A program made the position numbers and the translations under genes. The notes below the pieces were generated by a model that had not been told where the DNA came from, ran no database searches, and saw nothing but the letters and a program-made list of their open reading frames with translations. DNA of 64,000 nucleotides from Candidatus Woesebacteria bacterium GW2011_GWB1_33_38 (GTDB lineage: Bacteria; Patescibacteriota; Microgenomatia; UBA8517): positions 26,315 through 90,314 of the forward strand of contig LBPF01000001.1 in assembly GCA_000990005.1 (NCBI GenBank). The letters run 5' to 3'. This document shows positions 44,386 to 54,462 of the stretch, in pieces (position 1 is the first letter of the stretch; every line of letters begins with the position of its first letter).

Positions 44386-45392
44386 ACACTCTTGGTGGTG
44401 GTGAAAAATACACCTTGTCTTTTGCTAAAGTTTTAGCTGAAGATTTAGGGTTTGATGTTGATATCGAGTGGAAAGATAAAAATATCAAAGAAAAACTAAC
44501 AAAACGTTTTGGAATAAAACTTCCTAAAAACGTTAATTTTGTTAAAGATATAAATAGAGGTGAAGGGTATGATGTATGTTTTTGGGTGAGTGATGGAAGT
44601 GTACCAACACTACGAGCTAAAAATAATTACCTTCATTTTCAAGTTCCATTCACAAATGTAAATGGAAACTCGCTTCTTAATAAAATGAAACTATTTAGAA
44701 TTAAAAAAATAATATGCAATTCAAAATTTACTAAAAATGTAATTGATAAGGAATATACTGTTAACTCCTTAGTGCTTTACCCACCAGTAGATACTAAGTT
44801 ATTTAAACCCAAAAGAAAAGAAAACATTGTTTTGTATGTTGGAAGATTTTCAAATCTTGTACAAAACAAAGGTCATAAAATTTTAATTACTGAATTCAAA
44901 AAACTTGTTAAAGACAAAAGTTACCACAATTGGAAACTAATTTTAGCTGGTGGTACTGAAGTTGGTGTTGGAGAGTATGTTAATAAACTTAAAAAAATAT
45001 GTAGTGGGTATAATATTGATATTGTTGAAAGTCCAAGTTTTAAAAAAATAGTTGATATTTATGGGAAGAGTAAATTCTTTTGGTCAGCAGCAGGTTTTGG
45101 AATTGATGAAGAGAAAAATCCGGAAAAGGTAGAACATTTTGGTATAACTCTAGTTGAAAGTATGGCCGCTGGATGTGTACCAATTGTTTTTAATTCAGGA
45201 GGCTTTAAAGAAATTATTGTAAACGGCATAAATGGTTTTCTCTGGGAATACAAAAGCGATTTAGTAAAGATAACAAAAAAGGTACTATCAAAACCTGGAA
45301 TTTACAAATCAATTTCAAAATCTGCGACTGAGAGCGCAAAAGAATTTAGTCATGAGATTTTTAAGAAAAAAATGTTAGAATTAATGACTTAA
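44352..45392 (+). CDS. GT4 (GT-B fold, glycos_transf_1) glycosyltransferase
   Basis: The C-terminal motif GITLVESMAAGCVPIVFNSGGFKEII is present. Confidence 0.75.
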   Translation: MGKASLYNPYLDTLGGGEKYTLSFAKVLAEDLGFDVDIEWKDKNIKEKLTKRFGIKLPKNVNFVKDINRGEGYDVCFWVSDGSVPTLRAKNNYLHFQVPFTNVNGNSLLNKMKLFRIKKIICNSKFTKNVIDKEYTVNSLVLYPPVDTKLFKPKRKENIVLYVGRFSNLVQNKGHKILITEFKKLVKDKSYHNWKLILAGGTEVGVGEYVNKLKKICSGYNIDIVESPSFKKIVDIYGKSKFFWSAAGFGIDEEKNPEKVEHFGITLVESMAAGCVPIVFNSGGFKEIIVNGINGFLWEYKSDLVKITKKVLSKPGIYKSISKSATESAKEFSHEIFKKKMLELMT

Positions 45393-45400
45393 TAACAATT

Positions 45401-46333
45401 ATGAAAAGTTTTAAAGTATCTGTAGTAATGCCAAATATTAATGGGAAAACCATTATGGAAAAGAATTTGCCAAAGCTTTTTGAAGCTGTCAATAATCCTA
45501 AAAATAATATTATTGAAGTTATCATAGTAGATGATGGAAGTTGGGATGATAGTGTGAAGTTTCTGTCTACTGAATATAAAGATAAGGTAAAATTAATTAA
45601 ACATACTAAAAACAGAGGTTTTTCGGCAGCTGTTAATACTGGGGTTAGGGCAACAAGTGGTGATTTAATCCTTCTAATTAATACTGATGTTATTCCAGAA
45701 AAGAATTTTTTAGAAAGTGTAGTGCCTCATTTTGAAGATCCAAAAGTTTTTGCCGTTTCAACACATGAGACTGGGTATGGGGGAGCTAAGGGTTTTTGGG
45801 CAGATGGCTACATCCAACTTGGAATGAACGAAGAAACTAAGAGCGTTCATCAAAGTTTTTATGTAAGCGGAGGAAGTGGAGTTTTTAGAAAAAGTATTTG
45901 GCAGGAGTTGGGGGGAATGGATGAAAAACTACTTTCTCCTTTTTATTGGGAAGATATTGATCTTTGTTACAGAGCAACAAAAAGAGGTTATATTAATTTA
46001 TGGGAACCAAATGGAAAAGTTGTTCATCAACATGAGTCAACAATTTCAAAATTTCCTAAAAAATATGTTGCTCGTGTTAAAGAAAGGAATCAACTTCTAA
46101 TGCTTTGGAAAAATATACATAGTAAAAATTTAATTAAAAAACATATCCCTGCAATTATTTTAAGAGCTCTAAGACACCCTGGTTATTTTTTGATTATCTT
46201 TATGGCCTTGGGTAGACTTAACATTGCTTTAAAAGCTAGAAAAAAAGAAATAAAAGAATGTAAGGTTTCAGATGAGGCAATATTTGCAAACTATAAATTC
46301 ACCCCCACACCAAAACAGTCTATAAAAAAATGA
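45401..46333 (+). CDS. GT2 family glycosyltransferase
   Basis: The motifs VVMPNING and VDDGSWDDS are present, and the protein is about 310 aa. Confidence 0.75.
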   Translation: MKSFKVSVVMPNINGKTIMEKNLPKLFEAVNNPKNNIIEVIIVDDGSWDDSVKFLSTEYKDKVKLIKHTKNRGFSAAVNTGVRATSGDLILLINTDVIPEKNFLESVVPHFEDPKVFAVSTHETGYGGAKGFWADGYIQLGMNEETKSVHQSFYVSGGSGVFRKSIWQELGGMDEKLLSPFYWEDIDLCYRATKRGYINLWEPNGKVVHQHESTISKFPKKYVARVKERNQLLMLWKNIHSKNLIKKHIPAIILRALRHPGYFLIIFMALGRLNIALKARKKEIKECKVSDEAIFANYKFTPTPKQSIKK

Positions 46334-47193
46334 AAATTACGGAAAATGTTGATTTTAATTTTGGTGTGGGGGTGAAACTCTCCATAATTATTGTTAATCT
46401 AAATACGGTCGACTTGACTGAAGGCTGTATCAAATCAATTTATAAACATAAATTAAATTCCCCATTTGAAGTCATTGTTACTGATAATGGCAGTAATGAT
46501 GGTTCGGTTGAGATGCTTAAAAAATATGATAAAGATTATAAAAACTTTACTGCAATATTTAATAACAACAATACTGGTTATGCTAAAGCTAATAATCAAG
46601 GAATCAGAAAGAGTAAGGGTAATTATATATTACTTTTAAATAATGATACTGTTGTCTACAAAAATTCATTAAATAGTTTAGTCGAATTTGCAGAAAAAAA
46701 TCCTGACGCAGGTGTTGTGGGTAGCAAACTTTTAAACATTGACGGAACCCCTCAAATGTCATGTTTTAATTTTCCTACAATTACAAATGCCATTAAAGAA
46801 TACTTTTTGGGTCAAAAAGGTTTGTTTGATAAATTCGCACCAAAGGATACTAAACCTACAACCGTAGATTCTGTAGTTGGAGCTGTATTTTTAATTACAC
46901 CAGAAGCAAGAAAAAAAGTGGGAATATTAGACGAGAGATATTTTGCCTATTTTGAAGATATTGATTATTGCAGGCAAACATGGAATAAAGGCTTAAAGGT
47001 TTATTATCTTCCCGAATCAGTCATAACTCATTATCATGGTGCAACATTTAAAAAACTTGCAGATGAAGGGGAGAGGTGGAAAAAGTTAATACCATCAAGT
47101 AAAACTTATCATGGACTTGTCAAGCATTATATAATTAATGCTATAATCTGGTCCGGCCAAAAATGGCAAAAAATATTGGGACTTTTTAAATAA
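46330..47193 (+). CDS. GT2 family glycosyltransferase
   Basis: The motifs LSIIIVNLN and VTDNGSNDGS are present. It overlaps the upstream gene by 4 nt. Confidence 0.75.
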   Translation: MKITENVDFNFGVGVKLSIIIVNLNTVDLTEGCIKSIYKHKLNSPFEVIVTDNGSNDGSVEMLKKYDKDYKNFTAIFNNNNTGYAKANNQGIRKSKGNYILLLNNDTVVYKNSLNSLVEFAEKNPDAGVVGSKLLNIDGTPQMSCFNFPTITNAIKEYFLGQKGLFDKFAPKDTKPTTVDSVVGAVFLITPEARKKVGILDERYFAYFEDIDYCRQTWNKGLKVYYLPESVITHYHGATFKKLADEGERWKKLIPSSKTYHGLVKHYIINAIIWSGQKWQKILGLFK

Positions 47194-47199
47194 AAACTC

Positions 47200-48210
47200 A
47201 TGGAAAATATTAAAAATTTAAATTTAAAAGACATGAGGCTTGTCGAAGGAAAATTAGTTGCCGAGATTTGTGAACAAAATATTGCTGAAATAATAAATGA
47301 AGTTGAAAAAGGTTTTGCTCAATTATCAAATGGAGACGCAGTATCTCCGCCATTTATTAATTTTCCAACTGAGGGTCTACATGGTAAAGAAGGTCATGTC
47401 CATTTTAAGGCTGGATATGTTCGAGGCGACGACTATTTCGTTTTTAAGTATTCTGCAGGGTTTTGGGGCAATCAAGAAGTGGGGATTCCTACGGATACTG
47501 GTTTTTTTATGATTTTTGATGCAAAAACAGGTCAACCTGTTTCATTGATTGAAGGAGGAGACTTTACTTTAACTGATCATAGGACAGCCGCTGCTGGCGC
47601 TGTGGCTTCTAAATGGCTTTCCCGAGAGAATAGTAAAACAGTTGGGATAATTGGCAACGGTGTACAAGCTAAACTGCAACTTATTTATCTTAGTAAAGTA
47701 AGAAATATTGAAAGCGTAAAGGTTTGGGGAAGGAACACAAGTCATGTTGCAGAGTATATTGATTGGATGGGTAAAAAGTTCCCCGATATTAATTTGGTTG
47801 GTTGCAAAGAAATTAAAGATGTTGTTTCTGGTGTTGATGTTTTAGTTACGGCTGTTCCAAGTTCTCAACCAATTATTTTTTCAGAATGGATCAGTAAAGG
47901 AACACATATAACAGGGGTTGGTGCTTGTGGACCTACAATGCAAGAACTAGATGCAAAAGTTTTTGGATTACCTAATGTTAAAATATATGCAGATTCCATA
48001 GAAGCTTGTTCTACAAATGGAGATATTCATCATGCGTTAGAAGAAAAAGTTATAACCAGATCAGAAATAAAAGGGAATTTGGGAGATGTGATTATTGGAA
48101 GTGTGAAGGGAAGGGCATCAGATGATGATATTACAATTGTTGATTTGGTAGGCTTAGGTGTTCAAGACGCTAAAATAGGTAATTGGTTTTACAAAAAAAT
48201 TTCTTGCTAG
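47200..48210 (+). CDS. Ornithine cyclodeaminase/mu-crystallin family NAD-dependent enzyme
   Basis: The family pattern and an internal Rossmann segment (GIIGNGVQAKLQL) are present. Confidence 0.6.
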   Translation: MENIKNLNLKDMRLVEGKLVAEICEQNIAEIINEVEKGFAQLSNGDAVSPPFINFPTEGLHGKEGHVHFKAGYVRGDDYFVFKYSAGFWGNQEVGIPTDTGFFMIFDAKTGQPVSLIEGGDFTLTDHRTAAAGAVASKWLSRENSKTVGIIGNGVQAKLQLIYLSKVRNIESVKVWGRNTSHVAEYIDWMGKKFPDINLVGCKEIKDVVSGVDVLVTAVPSSQPIIFSEWISKGTHITGVGACGPTMQELDAKVFGLPNVKIYADSIEACSTNGDIHHALEEKVITRSEIKGNLGDVIIGSVKGRASDDDITIVDLVGLGVQDAKIGNWFYKKISC

Positions 48211-48229
48211 GATATGTATAATAGTCTTT

Positions 48230-48988
48230 ATGCACAAAAATAAAAAACAAAAAGTTGCGGTTGTTACAGGATCGTCTAAAGGAATTGGTAAGGCAATCGC
48301 AATTCGTTTGGCGAGGGATGATTATTATGTTTATGTCACTAGTTTTTCCGACGAGGTAGGTGGTAAAAATACAGTAAGAGAAATTGAAAAAACAGGTGGA
48401 AAAGCTTCCTTACAAGAATTAGATGTTACTGAAGAACAAAGTGTTTTGAGACTGATGAAATTGGTAGGAAAAGAATTTGGTTATCTAGATGTGTTAATTA
48501 ATAACGCTGAACGAGATATAGTTAAGACTATTGAAGATTCAACTTTTGAAGAGTGGAAACTTGCGATTGATACAAAACTTCATGGAGCATGGCTATCTAC
48601 GAAATATGCAATACCTCTTCTAAAGAAAAGCAAAAATGCAAATATAATTATGATATCGAGTAATGCAGACGAGAGGCCCGCAGAAGATATATTATCATAT
48701 GCGACTGCTACAGCCGCACTAACTTCGTTTACGAAATCACTTGCTATACACTTACCAAAATATGGTATTCGTGTAAACGCAGTTATGCCTGGTCAAGTTC
48801 GTACAGATAATTGGGGAGATTCAAAAAATAATGACGAACTTTGGAAGAAATTTGCAGAAGAAAATCCGTTTAAGCGCGTTGCAACAGTAGAAGATATTGC
48901 TGATGCAACAATTTTACTAATTAATGACCCGCATAAATTTTTAAACGGTAATTTTCTTTTTGTAAATGGTGGTAGTCATCTAAAATAG
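48230..48988 (+). CDS. SDR family oxidoreductase (FabG-like)
   Basis: The motifs TGSSKGIGKAIA, NNAE and YxxxK (YATATAAL) are present. Confidence 0.75.
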   Translation: MHKNKKQKVAVVTGSSKGIGKAIAIRLARDDYYVYVTSFSDEVGGKNTVREIEKTGGKASLQELDVTEEQSVLRLMKLVGKEFGYLDVLINNAERDIVKTIEDSTFEEWKLAIDTKLHGAWLSTKYAIPLLKKSKNANIIMISSNADERPAEDILSYATATAALTSFTKSLAIHLPKYGIRVNAVMPGQVRTDNWGDSKNNDELWKKFAEENPFKRVATVEDIADATILLINDPHKFLNGNFLFVNGGSHLK

Positions 48989-49002
48989 ATTAAGTGTTTT
49001 TT

Positions 49003-49028
49003 GTATCAATGAATTGATTCATTGATAC
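49003..49028. promoter_or_regulatory. 26-bp palindrome copy 4 (GTATCAATGAAT-TG-ATTCATTGATAC, identical to copy 1 including the 5' TTT flank)
   Basis: It lies 15 nt after the SDR stop and about 50 nt upstream of the PNPOx-like gene. Confidence 0.5.
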
Positions 49029-49080
49029 AGAGTACAGAGTGAAAAATATCAAGATATAAATGTGGTAGAATTGGAACATT

Positions 49081-49562
49081 ATGGTTAAGGATTTAAATAA
49101 ATTAGCAAGAGAGATAATTGAAAGTAATCAGTATCTAACAATTGCTTCAAGTGGGGGGGCAGACCGTGGATCTCTCCAGTAGTTTACGTATATGATACGG
49201 ATTGGAATTTATATTTTGTTTCCATGCCAACATCAAGGCATTGTGTAAATATAAAAGCAAATAAAGATATTGCAGTTGCAATTTTTGACTCACAACAGCT
49301 TTGGGGTGAAGGAGTAGGGCTTCAAATTGAGGCAATTGCAGAAGTTGTTAATTTAAAGGATTCTCTTAAAATTGCAAAAATTTATGGATTAAGAAAATAT
49401 CCATATGGTGGAATTAATACCAAACGAGCAATTCAATTTATTAAATCGATGGTTTTTGATGGTAAAAGCTATAAAATTTATAAAATTACTCCAAAAACCG
49501 TTTGGATGAATGATCCAAACTCAAGCGTTGATGTCAGAGTAAAAATTGACCTAAAAAAATAA
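49081..49562 (+). pseudogene. Pyridoxamine-5'-phosphate-oxidase-like FMN-binding split-barrel protein, interrupted by a -1 frameshift at a G7 homopolymer (49153-49159)
   Basis: The N-terminal 33 codons (MVKDLNKLAREIIESNQYLTIASSGG) stop at 49180-49182. The continuation PWISPVVYVYDTDWNLYFVSMPTS... is in the +2 frame, which joins the track ORF 49224-49562. Adding one G restores a single ORF of about 160 aa. Confidence 0.5.
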
Positions 49563-49587
49563 CTCCAGATTGTTGTAAAATAAAAAG

Positions 49588-51252
49588 GTGAAACGATACA
49601 TTTGGTATATTTTGGTTATTTTAGCCGTAATCCCAGCTTGTTGGAACTTGATGCGTCCTGGTTTTTTCTCCATGCAGGATGATTTACAGGCATTTCGTGT
49701 ACAACAACTTGATAAATGTCTGGATGACTTCCAAATTCCCTGCCGTTGGGTGCCTGATGCAGGTTATGGTTATGGTTATCCTCAGTTTAATTATTACCCT
49801 CCATCTGTTTATTATGTTGGAGCATTACTGCATAGGTTAGGTTTGCAATACATAGATACAGTAAAAATACTCTTTATCTTAGGTTATTTTGCCTCGGCAC
49901 TTGCTATGTTTATTTTGGTTGACTCTTTGATTGGCTCATGGCCAGCCTTTGTATCTTCAATTCTTTATACATATGTGCCTTATAAAGCAGTTGAGGTTTA
50001 CGTTAGAGGAGCAATGAGTGAGTTTTGGGCCTTAACTTTCTTCCCCCTGGTTCTTTGGGCAATATATATGCTAATAAAAAATGGGTCTAAAAAATATTTA
50101 GTTTTATTTTCATTATTTTTAGGTCTACTTCTAACCACTCATAATTTAATGTCTTTAATTTTTGCTCCGATTGCTTTAATTTGGGCAGGATATTGGTTAA
50201 TTGGAGAAAGTAAAAATAAGTGGATCAAAGTTGGTTTATCAGGACTCTTGGGTCTTGGTTTAGCTGCCTTTTTTACACTACCTGTAATTTTTGAGAAAAA
50301 TTTTGTTCATGTTGATTCTATCCTCTCTGGATATTTTGATTATCGTGCACATTTTGTCAGTTTGTATAAGTTGTTTATTTCACGAGAGTGGGGTTATGGT
50401 TCATCTGGTTTTCCAAATGAGCTTTTAAATCTTTCAACAGGGCTTGTCCAATGGATTGTAGGTTTATTAGCAGCGGGCATTGCTTTTGTGAATTACAAAA
50501 AAGAGCGAAAACTATCTATTTTAACTTTATTACTTTGTATCTTATCACTAGTCACCATCTTCATGATTCATATGAAATCAAGCTTTATTTGGGTCAAACT
50601 CCCAATCTTGTGGTGGTTACAGTTTCCATGGAGATATTTAGCGGTTAGTATATTTCTTTTATCAATTTTAGGTGGATTTGCTATCCACTTTTCTAAAAAA
50701 TATAAATATTTATTTGGAGGAATAATTATTATTAGCGTCTTTGTTTTAAATATTGGTTTCTTTGTTCCCAAAGATTGGATTAACATAACAGATAAGGAAA
50801 AGTTTTCAGGAATAAGTTGGCAGAAACAAATGACGATATCGATTTTTGATTATTTGCCAATTTTCGCTGTACTTCCACCAATTAACGAAGCTCCAGATGT
50901 TCCTGAAATTATGGACGGAAAAGCAGAGATATTAAATTACGAAAAAGGCAGTAATTTTCAAACTGGAGATATTAAAGTATTAGAAAATGCGAATATTCGT
51001 TTACCATTATTTGACTTTCCAGGGATGCAGGTTAAAGTTAATGGGCAAAAAGTAAATCATTACAATAATGATTGTAGAGGTACAGACTTTTGTTATGGAT
51101 TAATTTCTTTTAAATTGTCTAAAGGTGAATATAAAATTACGGCAAGACTTACCGATACACCAATTAGAAAAATAGGAAATTTTCTAACATTAACTAGTAT
51201 ACTGATATTGTTTTGGTTAATTATTAAAAATGAAAAAACTCTTACAAAATAA
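49588..51252 (+). CDS. Polytopic membrane protein, paralog family C copy 1 (PTPS-related/PF10131-like GT-C-type)
   Basis: The conserved first loop is QDDLQAFRVQQLDKCLDDFQIPCRWVPDAGYGYGYPQFNYYP. It has about 13 TM helices and a C-terminal beta-rich domain. Confidence 0.55.
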   Translation: MKRYIWYILVILAVIPACWNLMRPGFFSMQDDLQAFRVQQLDKCLDDFQIPCRWVPDAGYGYGYPQFNYYPPSVYYVGALLHRLGLQYIDTVKILFILGYFASALAMFILVDSLIGSWPAFVSSILYTYVPYKAVEVYVRGAMSEFWALTFFPLVLWAIYMLIKNGSKKYLVLFSLFLGLLLTTHNLMSLIFAPIALIWAGYWLIGESKNKWIKVGLSGLLGLGLAAFFTLPVIFEKNFVHVDSILSGYFDYRAHFVSLYKLFISREWGYGSSGFPNELLNLSTGLVQWIVGLLAAGIAFVNYKKERKLSILTLLLCILSLVTIFMIHMKSSFIWVKLPILWWLQFPWRYLAVSIFLLSILGGFAIHFSKKYKYLFGGIIIISVFVLNIGFFVPKDWINITDKEKFSGISWQKQMTISIFDYLPIFAVLPPINEAPDVPEIMDGKAEILNYEKGSNFQTGDIKVLENANIRLPLFDFPGMQVKVNGQKVNHYNNDCRGTDFCYGLISFKLSKGEYKITARLTDTPIRKIGNFLTLTSILILFWLIIKNEKTLTK

Positions 51253-52846
51253 CTGGCAGCTTGCTTTAATTTTTGTTCTAGGAATATTTGTTTCATTGCC
51301 GTTGTTTAGGAGCGGATATTTTTCTCATCAAGATGATTTGCATGTAATAAGGATAGTTGAAATACGAAAATGTTTTACCGACTTCCAAATTCCTTGCCGT
51401 TGGGTGCCAGATATGGGTTGGGGAAATGGAATGCCTGTTTTTAATTTCTACGGTGTTTCAGTTTATTACATTGGTGCAATATTAAGTTATTTTGTAGGCT
51501 TTTTAGGTGCATCTAAATTGCTTTTCTTTGCAAGTTTAATATTTGGTAGTTTCGGTCTTTATTTACTGGTCAGAGATTTGTGGGGAAAATATGCAGGTTT
51601 AACTTCAGCAGTACTTTATATGTTTGCCCCCTACAAGGCTCTTGATGTTTATGTTAGGGGTGCGCTTTCAGAAAGTATGGCCTTAGCAATTATTCCCTTT
51701 GTTTTTTACTTTTTTTACAAAAAGTCATTCGGTTGGGCAACCTTTTTCTTGGCTTTATTTTTGATAACACACAATATTATGACTGTCGTATTTCTACCCG
51801 TAATTATTGTATGGATCTTATATCTACTTTGGAGCGAAAATCGGGAACATTATAAGTTATTTTTACTAAGTTTATTACTTGCTTTTGGTCTCTCTGCTTT
51901 TTTTACGTTACCTGCATTTTTGGAAAAAAATTTGGTACAAACAGAAAGTTTAACTAGGTTTGAACTTGATTACAGGGCAAACTTTATCAGTATTCGACAA
52001 TTATTTTTTGATAGAGTTTGGGGATATGGAACCTCAATTCCGGGTCCAACTGGCGCTATGAATTTTCAAATTGGTTGGCCACACTGGATCCTTGCTGTTT
52101 TCACCCCAATCTTCCTATTTTTTAGGAAAACTAAAAAACACTTGCTACTTACTACATTCTACTTTCTACTGTTTGTCATCTCCATTTATATGACTCACAA
52201 TAAGTCAACTATTTTTTGGGAAAATATTAGTATTTTACAGTTTTTTCAATTTCCGTGGAGATTTTTATCGCTATCTATTTTTACATCATCACTTTTGGGG
52301 GGAGTGATTGTTTTTATGACAAAAGAAAAATGGCAAAAGATATTAGCAATAATAATTATAAGTTTGACAGTTTTATTAAATTGGGGTTATTTTAGACCTA
52401 GAGAATATTATGACATTAATGATTCACAAAAATTAACAGGGAATTTATGGGAAGAACAGAGACGTGGTGCACTTTTAGATTATTTACCTAAAACTGCTCT
52501 AGAACCAAGAGAAGGTGCTCCTGAAAATCCGTTAATAATTTCTGGAGAAGCAAAATTAATCAACTTTGTAAATCAGTCGAATCGCTTTTCATTTAATGCC
52601 GATGTAATGACAGTAAGTCAAATCGATATTCCAGTATTTTATTTTCCAAACTGGGAAGTTAAGGTTGATGGAAATAAGCATCTTGTAACACATGATAATA
52701 TTTTAGGTAGAATTTCAATTTTATTAACTCCGGGGCAACATGAGGTAATTGGTAATTTCAAAAACACTCCACTTAGAACATTTGCAAATATGATATCAAT
52801 CATTAGTTTGTTTGCTTTGTTGGGTTTTATAAAATGCAAAAAATAA
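51230..52846 (+). CDS. Polytopic membrane protein, paralog family C copy 2
   Basis: It has the same loop motif (HQDDLHVIRIVEIRKCFTDFQIPCRWVPDMGWGNGMPVFNFY) and architecture. Confidence 0.55.
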   Translation: MKKLLQNNWQLALIFVLGIFVSLPLFRSGYFSHQDDLHVIRIVEIRKCFTDFQIPCRWVPDMGWGNGMPVFNFYGVSVYYIGAILSYFVGFLGASKLLFFASLIFGSFGLYLLVRDLWGKYAGLTSAVLYMFAPYKALDVYVRGALSESMALAIIPFVFYFFYKKSFGWATFFLALFLITHNIMTVVFLPVIIVWILYLLWSENREHYKLFLLSLLLAFGLSAFFTLPAFLEKNLVQTESLTRFELDYRANFISIRQLFFDRVWGYGTSIPGPTGAMNFQIGWPHWILAVFTPIFLFFRKTKKHLLLTTFYFLLFVISIYMTHNKSTIFWENISILQFFQFPWRFLSLSIFTSSLLGGVIVFMTKEKWQKILAIIIISLTVLLNWGYFRPREYYDINDSQKLTGNLWEEQRRGALLDYLPKTALEPREGAPENPLIISGEAKLINFVNQSNRFSFNADVMTVSQIDIPVFYFPNWEVKVDGNKHLVTHDNILGRISILLTPGQHEVIGNFKNTPLRTFANMISIISLFALLGFIKCKK

Positions 52847-54462
52847 TATCTAAATATTTATTACTAGTAATTTTGATTTTATCAATTCCTGCTGTCCGCT
52901 ATCTTTTTGTCAATGGTTATTTTGGTGTTTCTGATGACCTGCATATTGGCTGGCTTTTTGAGATGAATAGGGCTGTTAAAAGTTTACAATTTCCACCCAG
53001 ATATGTCCCTGATTTAAGTTTTGGTTTTGGCTATCCTCTTTTTACTTTTGTATATCCTCTTCCATTTTACATCGCAGAAATATTTCATTTGATAGGCTTT
53101 TCGCTAGTTAATAGTGTGAAGTTGGTTTTTGGTTTATCAGTTCCTGTATCTATGTATTTCATGTATAAACTTCTAAGAGTATATATGAAGGAGGATTTTT
53201 CGCTAGCCGGTGCTGTTCTCTATGTCTATGCGCCCTACAGGGCTTTAGAATTTTTTGTTAGAGGGACGATAGGAGAGATAACGGCTTTTGTATTTTTTCC
53301 ACTAATCATTTTGGCAATAATAAAAAACAAGCCATACATACTTGCTCTATCTTTTGCTGGTCTAATATTGTCACACAATATTATGGCATATATGTTCATG
53401 CCTTTTTTACTGTTGTTTGTTATCTTAAGAATTTATTTTGTTTCTGTAGACCGTAGTCAATCAGTGGTTAGCAGTTTAAAGTCTTTAGTTTTAGGTCTTT
53501 TGTGTTCTGTCTATTTTTGGCTCCCTGCAATATACGAAAGTACTTTAATGAAATACGATACAGTCTTTAATTTTTATGACCATTTCCCTGCACTAAAACA
53601 ATTTATCACTCCATATTGGGGATATGGGGCATCTGTTCCTGGAAATTATGACACAATGTCTTTTTACATGGGTGCTGTGGGAATTTTAGTTGTTATTTTT
53701 GGTTCAATTATATTTCTCTTAAAAAGAAAAAAATATTCGACAGAGGAAAAGATTTTTATTAGTTGGTCTATAATAGTCTGTTTACTCAGTGTGTTTATGA
53801 TGAATTTTCGTTCGGCTTGGTTTTGGAGAAATTTACCACTTCTACCATACTTCCAATTTCCATGGAGATTTCTGGCAATGGTCACATTAGTTAGTCCGAT
53901 ATTTATGATTGTGTTTTCAAAATTCAAAATATTTAGATTTGTACCATTTATTGTCATCTTCCTTTCAATTTTTCTTAACTTTAATTATTTTAAGACTAGT
54001 GAATATTTAGGTAGAAACGACGATTATTATATAAATAGATATATACCAATTCCTTCAGCAAGTACCCAATATTTGAAAACTTCAGAAGAATATTTAAGAC
54101 TTCCAAAGGAAACAGAAATAAAACCAGACAAGAATTATCCTAGAGCCTTTACAGAAAATCGTGACGCATTACTTGAAATCGAGGAGTTAAATCCACTAGA
54201 TGCAATTATTCAAACTGATAGTAAAAGTGAATTTGTGTTAAGTTATAATAAATATAACTACCCAGGCTTTGGAGCTATAGTTGATGGACAAAAAGTTGAA
54301 ATATTTTCTGGCAAGCCGTTTGGGCAAATTTCAATTAACATACCAAGTGGAAAGCATGAAGTAACAGTAGAGTACAAAGAGTCACTGTTTAGATTGATAT
54401 TTGATATTATTTCAATATCGGCAATTGGAATATCTGTATATTTAATAATTAAAAAGAGATGA
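52834..54462 (+). CDS. Polytopic membrane protein, paralog family C copy 3
   Basis: It carries a divergent loop motif (SDDLHIGWLFEMNRAVKSLQFPPRYVPDLSFGFGYPLFTFVYP) and the same architecture. Confidence 0.55.
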   Translation: MQKIISKYLLLVILILSIPAVRYLFVNGYFGVSDDLHIGWLFEMNRAVKSLQFPPRYVPDLSFGFGYPLFTFVYPLPFYIAEIFHLIGFSLVNSVKLVFGLSVPVSMYFMYKLLRVYMKEDFSLAGAVLYVYAPYRALEFFVRGTIGEITAFVFFPLIILAIIKNKPYILALSFAGLILSHNIMAYMFMPFLLLFVILRIYFVSVDRSQSVVSSLKSLVLGLLCSVYFWLPAIYESTLMKYDTVFNFYDHFPALKQFITPYWGYGASVPGNYDTMSFYMGAVGILVVIFGSIIFLLKRKKYSTEEKIFISWSIIVCLLSVFMMNFRSAWFWRNLPLLPYFQFPWRFLAMVTLVSPIFMIVFSKFKIFRFVPFIVIFLSIFLNFNYFKTSEYLGRNDDYYINRYIPIPSASTQYLKTSEEYLRLPKETEIKPDKNYPRAFTENRDALLEIEELNPLDAIIQTDSKSEFVLSYNKYNYPGFGAIVDGQKVEIFSGKPFGQISINIPSGKHEVTVEYKESLFRLIFDIISISAIGISVYLIIKKR

